From Eledone cirrhosa (lineage: Eukaryota): a stretch of 64,000 nucleotides of DNA. Every line of letters begins with the position of its first letter. Position 1 is the stretch's first letter. Positions 1 to 14,053 of this stretch are shown here, in pieces. The DNA lies in the NCBI GenBank assembly GCA_964016885.1, contig OZ024742.1:297724001-297788000 (forward strand). The letters are read 5' to 3'. A model generated the notes under the pieces. The model did no database searches, was not told where the DNA came from, and saw only the letters and a program-made list of their open reading frames with translations. The position numbers and the translations under genes were made by a program.

Positions 1-53
1 TCAAGAGATTTTTGATAAAACAAAAATACAAACATGCATTCAGACTAATATAA

Positions 54-106
<53 letters not shown>

Positions 107-172
107 CATATATATATACACACTCACACGTTTACATATATATATATATATATATACACTCACACACATGTT

Positions 173-206
<34 letters not shown>

Positions 207-214
207 TACATTAT

Positions 215-388
215 TCTGGGTTGAATCGGAGGTAACCACAGTAAGTAAGGTACTCAATAAATTGCAGAGTATAAAAGTTTTAATATAGATGAGATTCTAC
301 AGGACTAGAACTGTTTCCTTCTTTAGAAATCATCAGGAATCCTGATGATTTCTAAAGAATGAAACAGTTCTAGTCCTGTAGAATCTCA

Positions 389-395
<7 letters not shown>
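215..395. mobile_element. Fold-back mini-element, family A (Penelope pLTR-like), in (TA)n
   Basis: Leader ctgggtt.aatc.g.ggtaaccacagta.taaggtactcaata plus a palindrome 283-395 (56-bp arms, 1 mismatch); homologs at 7031 and 13537. Confidence 0.7.
293..341 (-). ncRNA. Type-I hammerhead ribozyme motif (family A)
   Basis: GAUUC-CUGAUGA-UUUCuaaaGAAG-GAA-ACAG-uucuaguc-CUGU-A^GAAUC: all core nucleotides present; stem I 5 bp, stem III 4 bp, GUA cleavage triplet. Paired by eye. Confidence 0.72.
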
Positions 396-439
<44 letters not shown>

Positions 440-1441
440 AATTCCACAGAGTTAGCAGCAGTTCTAAATGATGATAATAAGAAAATCTTAGCACTGTAAC
501 AATTTTTTTTATTTCTGTTATATTTGTCGAAGAAGAAGTATTCAAGCTACAACAGCAATGACAATAAAAAGTGGCATAATAAAGATTTATTTACTGAAGA
601 AAAACAGGGCGTTTTTCTTTATAAGTTATGTCATAATGGATTCTGATTTTATAGCTAAAGAATCGTTGGTGTGGTATCATAACCAAATATCATTTTTAGT
701 AGCTAATTCACAAGAGTTATTTTTGGATTTAACAACAATTTTATTAAAAATAGCTTTGAGTGTGTGTGTGTTTGTGTGTACATGTATGTATAACATGTGT
801 GAAGGCGCATGGCTTAGTGGTTAGGGTGTTGGGTTCATGATAATAAGGTCATCAGCTCAATTCCCAGACAAGGTTGTTCCAGTCGACCCATTAGAGCCAT
901 GGAGAAAAGCGACTTGCATGCATCGGTGATTTTTGGGGTTTCATAAAACACTGCGATTGGCTAGCACAACTCAGTGGAAGTTTCTAGGTGCAAACGCAGT
1001 CATGATGGAAAGAGACTATACATGTATGTATATATATCTACATATATGTATATATATCTACATATATGTATATATATCTACATATATGTATATATATACA
1101 TATATATACATATATACATATATGTATATATATACATATTTATATATATATACATATTTATATACATATATGTCTGTATAATGTATATATATACATAATT
1201 ATATATATATATATTATATATATATATATATTATACATATATATATATATATACAATATATATATTATATATATATACAATATATATATATACAAATATA
1301 TACATATACAAATATATATATATATATATATGTATATTATATATATACAATATATATATTACATATATATATACAAATATAATTATATATATATATATGT
1401 ATATATATATACACTATATATATATACAAATATATACATAT

Positions 1442-1499
<58 letters not shown>

Positions 1500-1663
1500 T
1501 ATATATACAATATATATATTATATATATATACAAATATATATATAGATAGATAGTAATAATAATAAATGTGAAGACTAAAATCCAAAGAGGGCTCGATAA
1601 GGATAAATATATATCAAATATATAAGAACCATAGAGCAAATAGTTATTAAAATAACAGATTAA

Positions 1664-1714
1664 AGTTTAAGCAAAGAATCGCTGCTTTCACCCTTAACGG
1701 GATCTTCTGAAACT
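1664..1714 (-). ncRNA. Hammerhead-like motif (family B), inverted copy
   Basis: Exact reverse complement of 2346-2396. Confidence 0.5.
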
Positions 1715-2345
1715 AAAAAAATGAATCTGTGAATGCAGAAGTAAATATTTCGAAAAACGTTACAACCGAAGGAAGACAGGCAGACGATACTTTGGTTCGT
1801 GGAAACGTTCCCTGGCAAAGAACGGAAAAAACGAAGATAATACGTCATTATTTGGAGCGGTAAAAACAAATACATGCAAAGACAAAATCACGTTTATGGT
1901 ATAAATGAAGTTGTAGACTAATATTCTATTAGGTGGTTCATATTATCTTCTTCATTTTTTCCGTTCATTGCCAGAGAACGTCTCCACGAACCACCTAATA
2001 GAATATTAGTCTACGACTTCATTTATAGCATAAACGTGATTTTGTCTTTGCGTGTAATTGTTCTCATTGATCCACATAATGACGTATTATCTTCGTTTTT
2101 TCCGTTCATTGCCAGAGAACGTCTCCACGAACCACCTAATAGTCTACAACTTCATTTATACCATAAACGTGATTTTGTCTTTGCATGTATTTGTTTTCAC
2201 TGCTCCAAATAATGACGGATTATCTTCGTTTTTTCCGTTCTTTGCCAGGGAACGTTTCCACGAACCAAAGTATCATCTTCCTGTCTTCCTTCAGTTGCAA
2301 CGTTTTTCGAATTATTTACTTCTGCGTTCACAGATTGATGTTTTT

Positions 2346-2396
2346 AGTTTCAGAAGATCCCGTTAAGGGTGAAAGCAGCGATTCTTTGCTTAAACT
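2346..2396 (+). ncRNA. Hammerhead-like motif with variant core (family B)
   Basis: AGUUU-CAGAAGA-uCCCguuaaGGGu-GAA-AGCA-gcgauucuu-UGCU-U^AAACU; three stems form, but U4 is A and the triplet is CUU. Confidence 0.5.
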
Positions 2397-2412
2397 TTAA
2401 TCTGTTATTTTA

Positions 2413-2461
<49 letters not shown>

Positions 2462-3321
2462 AGATATATATACAATATATATATATACAATATATATATA
2501 TACAAATATATACATATACAAATATATATATATATATATTTATATACATATACAAATATATAAATATATATACAAATATATATACATATACAAATATATA
2601 TATACAAATATATATATATACACACAAATATATATATACAAATATATATATATCATCATCATCATCATCGTTTACCGTCCATCTTCCACGCTAGCATACA
2701 TACATACATTCATACTTGCACACATACATATATTTACATTGCATATGTGTGTGTGTGTGTGTATGTATGGTGATTATTTGTTAATCAATACTTATAAGAA
2801 ATTTAGGAACTTCTTAAGAGAAAAGGTATATTTTTTGATATTACACTTGAATTAAATTGAATTCCATTCAATCAAGTTTTTGTAACAGAATCTTATTAAT
2901 CTTCCTATTTCGGTCTTTTGTTTTGAACTCTAGAGCATTTTATAGTTTGAATATTGTTTTATATATTATATACATGGGGTTTCAGGTAGCTTATCAGAAA
3001 ATATACTAATAGAATTTCTACAGACTTTGATTAAAAAATCATAGAGTAGAAAATATAGAATTTTCTATTAAAAAAATGGTATAAAAAGGATTACAGGGTG
3101 ATGTGTGTTTGTTTTTTGTTTTAAGTTTATTTTGTAAAGAAGAAAAGTATATTCAGTGAATTTCAAATTCAAACCATTATTGATTGTTTTAAAGTTAGCA
3201 TGGACTATTGGTCACAAATAAATCTATGTGAGTGATATTTTTCACATAGTTTTCTACCACACAAATTCCCACCCCAAACTAATTTTACTAATTTTAAAAA
3301 ATATAGGAAATGCAAGCTTAG

Positions 3322-3352
<31 letters not shown>

Positions 3353-3769
3353 TTAGGGAAGTACATTTCTTTGATACATATGTGTTATTAAAGACACAAC
3401 TATGTTCGAGTTTTAACTTTTTTTTTTTTTTTAAGTTTTCTTGTATTTTCTTTTGAGTCCTTTGCAGCTTGTTAAGATGAACAAAGTTTTAAAATCATAA
3501 TCAATGATTCTAGTCTTTCACAGTCTCATCATCAGGATGTTGAGTGTTGTTATCTTGTTTGTTTGTTGCCTCTTTCCTTGTAGGCAAATATACTAAAACT
3601 CGAACAGACATATACAGAAGAAATGCCTTATAGCCTTATAGCTTATAAAGAGGGTGGTAGGAGAGAAACTGAGAGATTGTTTAAATAACAACTTGATTTC
3701 TGCTAAATATATTAATAATAAAGACATGACAAAACAATGAGATCCTTCAAGAATAACTTTTTGTTATTA

Positions 3770-3830
<61 letters not shown>

Positions 3831-4272
3831 AAGAGCAACAGTCATTGTGTATATAATTTAATTGTCTTCATCGGTCATGTGTGTGTGTGTGAAAATAATG
3901 TTTTGTAGTAGTGATATATTTATATATTTGAAAGAAGAAAGAAAAAGATGAAATAAACAGATTTGTGAAATATATTTACAGAAAAATGTACAATTTTATA
4001 TTTCTTTGCCAGTATGAGAGCCAGAATACTCAATACTTTTTCCTCAGAACTTACAAAACATTTTTCCAATCAAGTTAATTTAGATTGAAGCTCTGATTAT
4101 TACATAGGCTTTTATAAATATCTATTTCCATCTAAATAAAGAGGTTGGGTGATTTCACCAATCTCCAAGAACATAGACCAATAGAAATTGATATATATAT
4201 TTCCATATATTTTCTATACATTTCAGTAAACTCTGCAATATAGTATATATACAGTTTTTCATACAGTTGTAT

Positions 4273-4312
<40 letters not shown>

Positions 4313-4371
4313 TAAGTACATATATACACATAAGTATATATATATATGCACACATATGTACATACATACAC

Positions 4372-4427
<56 letters not shown>

Positions 4428-4531
4428 TATATATACACATATATGTACATATATACACATATGTATGTAAATATATACATATAAATATATATATATATAT
4501 ATATACTCATATGTACATACATACACATATG

Positions 4532-4588
<57 letters not shown>

Positions 4589-5312
4589 TCATATGTACAT
4601 ACATACACATATATATATATATATATATACATACACATATGTACATATATATATGTATATACGTATATATGTATATATGTATACATGTATATGTCTTTGT
4701 TAGAAAGCATGAGAAAGCAATAATGAATATGTACATTTACATACCTTTATTTTTGTAAACAAAAGGAAACATGGACACTTTATATATTTTTATCAATTTT
4801 ATACGTACTTCAGGTTTCCTTTTGTTAAAACCATTTATCTAGCAATATTACCAAAATAATTAGCACTATGATTAACAAACATGTTGATTAGAAATATTTT
4901 TTAAAAAAAGGAGATTTTATATTACACATTTTCTAAAGAAATATTTGCAGTTTAGCTTATAGAATGTAGGCCAAAAGTAGATGAACCGAAGGCCATAACG
5001 TAAAGATTTTAGTATTTAATTCTATTTGGGATTTGCAAATTTCCATTCTACCCCAGTTGAACAAAAGATAATGACATCTATATAACAAAATATGAATTAA
5101 AAAAGGCATCTAAAAATTTTAAAATAAAACCTAAACTTGGTATCTTTCAGTTAAAATCAGTTAATTGATTTTTCATAAAAATTAAATCATATATTAAATT
5201 AGAAAATATGGCATATATATATAGCATATAAATAATCTTCAATTCCACACACAAGCATTACAAAGTTCCTAATTGACTGTCTCATTCCAATACATATACA
5301 TACACATATATT

Positions 5313-5352
<40 letters not shown>

Positions 5353-5772
5353 TATATATATATATGTATATATATGCATTTATGTGCATATATATATATA
5401 TGTATATATATGCATTTATGTATATATGTAAATATATATATATATATGCATATATATCATCATCAATTAATTTTACGTCCGCATTTTACGTTCGCTTTTT
5501 CCCTGCTTCCAAGGGTGGGACGGGAACTGTATGTATGTATATATACATGTATCTATATATATGCATATATCTATATATATGCATATATATATATGTATAT
5601 ATACATGTATCTATATACACATATATATATGGATATATATATGTATATATACATATATATATGCATACATATATATGTATATATACATATATCTATATAC
5701 CACCTTTGCAACCAGGGAAAAGCGGACGTAAAAAAATTTAAAAAAATGAAATGCAAATGAAAATATATATGC

Positions 5773-5805
<33 letters not shown>

Positions 5806-6130
5806 TCTATATACATATATCTATATACATATATCTATATATATATATATGTCTGATGGTTGCTAAGATGCTTCCATAGGCGGTATGCCAGTTGAGCACT
5901 CTATGCTCTTACAGAGCAGAGTATGATAGAATAGAAAATGAAAAATCAGTGATGCATCTGAACTCATATATCTATATATATATATATATATATGCACATA
6001 TATATACATATGTATATATATGTATATATGTATATATATATATATGCATATATATATATATATGTGTATATATACATATATATATATATATGCATATATA
6101 TATGTGCACACACACTGACATATATATATA

Positions 6131-6178
<48 letters not shown>

Positions 6179-6204
6179 TGTGTGTGTGCACATATACATA
6201 TATA

Positions 6205-6274
<70 letters not shown>

Positions 6275-6320
6275 TATATATGTATATGTGCGCACACACA
6301 GACATATATATATATATATT

Positions 6321-6414
<94 letters not shown>

Positions 6415-6423
6415 TATATATGC

Positions 6424-6456
<33 letters not shown>

Positions 6457-6526
6457 TGCATATATATATATATGTATATATGCATATATATATATATATG
6501 CATATATATATATTTATATATGTATA

Positions 6527-6557
<31 letters not shown>

Positions 6558-7030
6558 GATTTATATAATCATTATATTTTTTTGTATGTCTTCGTTTGAT
6601 TGTAATATGCCCTTCTTGATAAAACCTCAATACCATATGGTAGATATGTACTGAAATATCCCTGCTGGTTATTTAATACGAAACAGAGATGATTTAAGAT
6701 TGAGGCTATAAGACCCGGTCACAAGTGGCAAGGATAAAAATAACAACATTGCAGAATCTCACATTTTTAAAGAAGAGGCTGCAACAGCATATTTAGCAAC
6801 ATTTGAATAGGCAGAGAAAAGTGGTGGTGAGAACGAGAAGAGGGGCAGAAAGTTTTCAATTATTATCATTGTTATTGTTATTGTTAGATTAAAAAAAAAT
6901 ATTTTTGTTTGTTTCAACGTTCACAAAAAATAATAGAGATTTAACACACTATTTATGCAGCAAGTTTATTAGTGTGTATATATACCTATATGTATGTGAG
7001 TATATATATATATATATATATAATATATAT

Positions 7031-7234
7031 CCCGGGTTCAATCAGGGGTAACCACAGTACATAAGGTACTCAATACATAGCAGAGTATAAATTCTTAATA
7101 TAGCTTAATATAGAAATGGCTTCTACAGGACTAGAACTGTTTCATTCAAGGCAAATCATCAGGAAAGTATCAGGCTTTCCTGATAATTTCCTTTGAATGA
7201 AACAGATCTAGTCCTGTAGAAGCCATTTCTATAT

Positions 7235-7236
<2 letters not shown>
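7031..7236. mobile_element. Fold-back mini-element, family A
   Basis: Same leader; inverted arms 7106-7167 and 7175-7236; flanked by TA repeats. Confidence 0.7.
7120..7166 (-). ncRNA. Type-I hammerhead ribozyme motif (family A, second copy)
   Basis: UUUC-CUGAUGA-uuugccuugaau-GAA-ACAG-uucuaguc-CUGU-A^GAAG; core intact, stem II weak. The + strand mirror copy has CUGAUAA (G8A). Confidence 0.6.
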
Positions 7237-7304
<68 letters not shown>

Positions 7305-7320
7305 CAAATATATATATCTG

Positions 7321-7399
<79 letters not shown>

Positions 7400-7787
7400 G
7401 TATATATATATATATAAATATGTATGTATATATAAATATGTATATATATGTATGTATATATATATAAATATATATATGTATATATATATATATGTTAGAA
7501 GTGGATAGACATATTGCCAAATTGCTTTACATTTATTTTATTTTAATATATTTTTCTCAAGGTAAATATGAAATTTAAAAAAATAGACAGAAAGTTATGT
7601 AGTTGATAGCAAATGTCAAATAGTCTAAAATGGAATTTTAAAAAGTGGGTAGAAGGCCTTTCTTTGGCTGTTTTTTTATAGTTATTGTTATTATTATTAT
7701 CATTATTTATTGAAGTGTTCAATAGACGATATTAAAGAACTTTGGTGGGAAAATTGAAATAGAATATATGATAATGATAATAATAAT

Positions 7788-7990
7788 GGTTTCTGATCTA
7801 GGCACAAAGCCAACAAATTTTTGTGGGAGGGAAGTCGATTAAATCGACACCAGTTTGTTACTGGTACTTTATTTTATCAACCCCAGGAGGATGAAAGGCA
7901 AAGATGACCTCGGCGGGATTTGAACACAGAATATAAAGAACCGTAACTAAATGCCAAAAAGCATTTTGTCCGACGCTCAACGACTAAGTC
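7788..7990 (-). mobile_element. Same SINE family
   Basis: ggatgaaaggcaaagatgacctcggcgggatttgaac core on the + strand. Confidence 0.82.
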
Positions 7991-8522
7991 AATAATAATA
8001 ATGATAATAATAACTTCTTTGTTTGTATTTGTTTTGCAAGATTCTTGATGTGAAGTGTATTGGAACAGATATTGTTATACATTGGGAGGCTCCTGCTGCC
8101 AATGTAATCATATATATCAACTGAGTTTCACTTCAGCTTTTTATTATTAACCAGGTAACTAACCGACTCAACATTTGGTTTAGTAAAAGGATAATTATTT
8201 AATTGTCAAAGTTCTTTCGTCATACATTCTGTGACCTTCACAGTGAATATTTTGTCACTCTGTATCTCTTTTTCATTTCTGTTTTGCTCTAGTTACTTTA
8301 TTTTGTCTTTTGAAGTGAAAATCAATTGGTACTTAAGCTTTTATTGGCAGCATGACCTTCGCAATTATAACAATGATAACAATGTTTATTTTTTTATTTT
8401 GAAGAAAATTTCTTTTTTTTATCTTAAATTAATAAATAATGAATAATATAGCAGATTAAAATTTTCAGACTTCCATTTCCATTTTTAATAGTAATATTTA
8501 TAATGATGATGATGATAATATC

Positions 8523-8558
<36 letters not shown>

Positions 8559-8559
<1 letters not shown>

Positions 8560-8776
8560 GTTTCAGATTCAGACACAAGGCCTAATTTTGTCGGTGATGA
8601 AAAAGTCAATAAAATTGAATCCTGTACTTGACTGATATTCTATTTTATTGAATCCACTGAAGGATGATAGGCAAAGTTGGCATCAGAAGGTTTTGAATAT
8701 AGAATGTAAAGTCTTGGAGCAAACATTGCAATGCATTTTGTCCAATGCCCTAATGATTCTGCCAATCCAGCCCTCT
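8559..8776 (-). mobile_element. Same SINE family (older copy)
   Basis: aaggatgataggcaaagttggc core; between (AAT)n tracts. Confidence 0.7.
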
Positions 8777-8784
8777 GATATAAT

Positions 8785-8834
<50 letters not shown>

Positions 8835-9197
8835 GGATGATAATAATCAAGATAATAATGATAATAATACTTTACATGAAAAATAACAATGTTTTTAAAT
8901 TGATGTTGTGCAAATTATATTAATTAAATGAAGATCCCATGCAGTATTATATATATGTTATATGCACCTAGCATTTTAGGTACTGGTTATGTGCCATGCA
9001 TGTTATGTCCTCTCTGATATGAAGGAGGATGTGTTCAGAGTGCACAGAAAAAATATTTTTCTCAAAGTTTAATATCACAAAAGAAGACCATTAAAAAAAA
9101 TAAATAATAGAAGTAAACATGAATGATAATTACAAATATTTGTTGTTTTTTTTTTTTTGTATATATACCATATGTATAAGTCATACCACCACCGTGT

Positions 9198-9500
9198 CAA
9201 GGCACGTGGCTTAGCAGGTAAGGTGTTTGGTTCCCATTTGTAAAGTCATGAGTTTGATTCCTGGACTGAGCAATGTGTTGTGTCATTGAGCAAGACATTT
9301 CATTACACATTGCTCCAGCTTGCTCAGCTGCAAAAGATGAGTTGCAATAATACTGGTCCCAATCTGTATCAGCCTTTGGCTTTCTCTGGACAACATTGAT
9401 GGCCTAGAGAGAAGAGATTGGTATGTATGGGATTACACCTTGAAGAAGATCTTTTCAGGTGCAAAAACATGGGCATTCACGATTGAAAAGGGTCTTTTAA
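9198..9500 (+). mobile_element. Second tRNA-derived SINE family
   Basis: ggcacgtggcttagcaggtaagg (A box) ... gagtttgattcc (B box) ... ttgtgtcattgagcaagacattt; related heads at about 800, 29505 and 52975 (+) and 51567 (-). Confidence 0.65.
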
Positions 9501-10253
9501 GTTACACCCCACCATTTCACATACAATTTTCATTGTTCCTTACTTGACACATACATAAGATTTTGTAAATCCAACAAATATGTTGGTTTTTACAACAGTT
9601 TTTTTTTTTGTGTGAAAAATGGTATGACTTACACATGAATGAAAATGGTATGTATGTATATATAAATACACATCATTTTGTTATGCTTTTTTGTGTGTTT
9701 CCTACACACACACGTTTACACATTCACATCTATAGACAAATACACACAGCCACACCAAAGAAATATCGATGTATTTCAGGCATTATACATATATATATAT
9801 ATACATGCATATACACATATAATATATATATATACATTTATTTATACACACACACTCATACACACACATACATACACGTATATATATATACATATATACA
9901 TATATATATATATGTGTGTGTGTGTGTGTTATCTTTAAAAAAAAATGATTAAGCAGCAGAAAATATTGTTGTCACTTTGGTAAGCAAGAGTGTTGTCAAT
10001 ACATCTATATACTCATAGAATTAAAAACCATCTTTGTGGATTTCAAACTGATTAAATTTGTTGATTTTTTAAAAATTATTTTTAATGAATTATTTATTTT
10101 TCTGTACTGTTGCCAGTGTTTTGTACATCATTTTCTTTACCATTAATAAGAAGTTTGGCCACAAAATATTTAGAGGAAAACAAAATCAAGAAACAAAACA
10201 AAAACTAAATTAAACAACTTAGCGATATAACAGAAACAAGGGCATAATGCTGC

Positions 10254-10958
10254 TTTCTAATCTTGGCACAAAGCCAGCAATTTTTGCAGGGTGGTGGTGG
10301 TGGTGGGGGGGGGGGGGGGGGGGGGGTCAATTATACCAACCCCAGTATTTGACTGGTAATTTATTTTATCATTTATCAAAAAGATGAAAGGCAAAGATAA
10401 CCTTGGTGGGATTTGAAATCAGAATGTAGAGTGTCAGTAAGAAATACTGCAATGTATTTTGGCTGATGAACTAATGGTTCTGCTAGTTCACTACCCTAAA
10501 CAAGAATATAAAAAATGGTAATAATAATAAAAATAATGTTGATGATTTCTAATTTAGGCAGATGGCCAGAAATTTGTTGGAAGGGAAAGTCGATTATATC
10601 AACCTCAGTACTTTTCTGGTACTTTATTATATTATTTATTGACCCTGGAAGGATGAAAGGCAAAGTTAACCATTGCGGGATTTGAAACCAGGATGTAGAG
10701 GTTCATAATGAAATACTGCAAAATACATATTGTCTGACACACTAATGATTCTGCCAATTCACCACATTAAACAAGTGTATAATAATAATAATAATAATAT
10801 TGTTATACTCTGGGAGGGTCATGTTGCTAAGAATCTTGCTAAACAAATTCAGAAACGAAATAATAATAATAATAATAATATCTGAGGCTGCAGGTAGCGG
10901 CTTGATATTCATTTCAACAAACTTTCCAGTTAAATAACATCAATGACTGAGACTCAAA

Positions 10959-11006
<48 letters not shown>

Positions 11007-11232
11007 TTTCTAATGTAGGCACAAGGGCAACACTATGTGGGGATGGGAAAGTTAATTATATCAAGCCCAGTACTTGACTGGTACTCTATTTTTTACTCCC
11101 TCCACCCCACTCCATAAAAATGAAGGAAAAAGTAGACCTTGGCAGGATTTACATTCAGAACATAACGAGCTAGAACATAAACTGCAAGGAACTTTGTCTG
11201 ACACTCTAACAATTCTGCCAATTCACCACCCT
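10254..11232 (-). mobile_element. Cluster of three older copies of the same SINE (about 10254-10497, 10545-10765, 11006-11232)
   Basis: Each has ggcaca..gcc...ctggtac.ttatt...atgaa.gg.aaag...ggattt...cagaa; separated by (AAT)n. Confidence 0.8.
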
Positions 11233-11233
11233 C

Positions 11234-11275
<42 letters not shown>

Positions 11276-11276
<1 letters not shown>

Positions 11277-11464
11277 TGTTTCTACTTTTGGCACAAGGCC
11301 AGCAATTACCCAGTGCATTACTGGTACTTTATTTTATCGACCCCCGTAAGGATGAAAGGCAAAGTTAACCTCGGTGGGATTTGAACTCAGAATGGCAAGG
11401 ACCGTAACTCTATGCGTCAAAGCATGGCGCCCGACCCTCTACCGATACTGCCAATCCACCGCCC
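11276..11464 (-). mobile_element. Same SINE family, internally deleted young copy
   Basis: A and B boxes and core intact; sits within (AAT)n. Confidence 0.85.
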
Positions 11465-11519
<55 letters not shown>

Positions 11520-13484
11520 TAGTGGAACCTGAGCTCTAGGGCTGGAATTTTTCACATCAATAAAATTAAATGCAATATATTTTTAATTTTATTTTTAATT
11601 ATTCATTTAATTATTTAATTATTCAAATGTAAATAAAATAAGCCTTAAAAAATACAAAGATAACAGATGGGTTTTTGTGAAATTGTGTTAGTAGGATAAA
11701 CACAAGTAAAATAATACAAAATATTTTAAAAAATTCAAATTCAACTAATCATATCGATTATTAATGTTTCAAAGTTTAAAAAAACATACACAATATGAAA
11801 GAAAAGGGGAATTTCGATTTAATTTTTAAAAAAAAACATACCATGATGAAAATCATAAAAGCCAAACAAGTTTCTAATTATGTAAATTAGAAAATATCCG
11901 AGCCAATATCTGAGAGACAACTGAGTTTGATTTAAAGTGGATTGTATGTGTTTTAAAGTCATCAGTGTTATTCTTAGAATAGAAGGCTAGAACATTTTTA
12001 AAAAAATTATTTTAATATCCTGTATGATTTTTGCAGAAAATATCTAAAAATGATTTTCTAACTATTAAATGTTTATATTATCTTTACTATTGAACAGATC
12101 ATTGTGAACATTTTCAACATTATAGTAAGAACTTCTGCTCTTAATGTGACACAGTTAAAGTGCTATTTTATACTTTTAAAGAATGTATTGTTAATACGCT
12201 TTCTGGTATGTTTTTGGCAATGAATGACTGCTTCATATGTATCGGTATGCTTTTGGTGCTAATAAAGTAAATTGAAATATTTTGATCAAATTTGGTTTAT
12301 TATTTCTTTTTAATTTGTTGAAAACTGCCAAAATTAATGTCCAATTTTGGTTGCTGAAACTTTGTTGTCAGATATTTAGAAAATACATTTAATGCTATAA
12401 TCAACTACTTGCTAATGTAACTGAAATGTAGTTGCAAAATAAAATTATATATGGTTGAATTGTAAGACAAGGGTAATAACTTCACGCTAAAAATTAAGAA
12501 TATAAAATTTTGTATCACCGGGAGTTAGCTGAATGTCAGGATGTCATATTGACATTATTTCAGACACCCAGTATGATTCTCTCCTGAAAGGAGTTAACTG
12601 CAGTATGTAACTGAGAAAATATTCTGGGGTCTGATTGGTTTGCTGGATTCTATCTTCATTCATTTTGAAAGATAAACCAACTGTAAGGAAATAATTTGAA
12701 AATATTCAATTTAAAGCAAAAAGTTAAATATTAACTAAAGATTTTGTACATTGCTTTTGAGGAAAAACAAAAACAAAGATAAACTTTTAAAATATATAAC
12801 ATCAGCTGTAAGGAAATAATTCGAAAATTTAGGAGTATGTTTTTAAATATATAATTTAAAGAGATTAAATGATTTAAATAAAAATAATGCACTCACTATC
12901 ATTGTTTTAAAAGAAATAAAAACTAATAAAAACTTTTAAAATATTTCATCCGTTTTTAAGATAACTTTTAAAAGAAGAATATATTTATTTAGATATATTT
13001 TTCCCTAATTAGTTATGATACCTGATGAATCTGTCTCTTTATACACTATCAAACAGAGAATATACAGACAGGCTTTTGAAAAATAAATTTAAATAATTTT
13101 ACTATTAGCATTAGCACATTGATGAACACTGGGTATTTGGATTCATTTAAATATGCGTCCATATTTCTGACAAATAAATCTACAGTTTTGTGGGATCTTT
13201 AGGACAACTATTGCTTCTGAGGCCACTCTGAGGTTCAGCACTTTCAAGCTCAAGCTTCATTACTTTCATAGCAGATCCATCACTGAAAGGCAGTAAAGGA
13301 AGTCATTCTATCTGAAAATCAAATCCAGAATATATATTCTATTCACTACTACCATTATTCATTCCTGTTGCCTTGAAAAAATATTTAATTTTCAAAAAAT
13401 GTAATGTTTTGTTTTGTTATGATTTTTCAGATTTTCTGAATTAAAAAAAAACAAAAACAAAACAAAACAAAACAATAGAAAATT

Positions 13485-13536
<52 letters not shown>

Positions 13537-13538
<2 letters not shown>

Positions 13539-13733
13539 CAGGTTCAATTAAGGGTAACCACAATAAGTAAGGTACTCAATACAGTAGTAGATTTTATACA
13601 CCTACTTTAATATAGGAATGGCTTCTACAAGACTAGGACTGTGTCATTCGAAAGAAATGATCAGGTTTTCTTGATAATTTCCTTCGAATGTAACAATTCT
13701 AGTCCTGTAGAAGTCGTTTTTATATTAAATTTG

Positions 13734-13765
<32 letters not shown>

Positions 13766-13844
13766 CAAATTTAATATAAAAACGACTTCTACAGGACTAG
13801 AATTGTTACATTCGAAGGAAATTATCAAGAAAACCTGATCATTT

Positions 13845-13848
<4 letters not shown>
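13537..13848. mobile_element. Fold-back mini-element, family A (decayed), with a secondary perfect inversion
   Basis: Same leader; old imperfect palindrome at about 13608-13727, then a perfect palindrome 13651-13848 centred on (TA)n. Confidence 0.7.
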
Positions 13849-13927
<79 letters not shown>

Positions 13928-13992
13928 TACATATATATTCCTTCCATATACTGTACCATTTGTGTTGTTATTTCTGTTTACCTTTTACATAC

Positions 13993-14053
<61 letters not shown>

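Larger units (their letters stand above)
1644..2416. repeat. Long inverted repeat (about 290-bp arms) with an internal ~140-bp tandem duplication
   Basis: 1644-1939 is the near reverse complement of about 2127-2416 (see the near-identical ORFs 1660..1875- and 2185..2400+); the unit tattatcttc...ccacgaacca occurs about 2.4 times. Confidence 0.92.

Noticed and set aside
1940-2270. Repeat-spacer-like pattern suggesting a CRISPR array
   Set aside because: The ~140-bp units are duplicated in full with no unique spacers; eukaryotic context and no cas genes.
1660-2400. Pair of near-identical 71-aa ORFs on opposite strands
   Set aside because: A by-product of the inverted repeat; no recognisable protein features.
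10290-10326. G-run as a G-quadruplex regulatory element
   Set aside because: It is the expanded G-rich linker of a SINE copy, and homopolymer length is unreliable.
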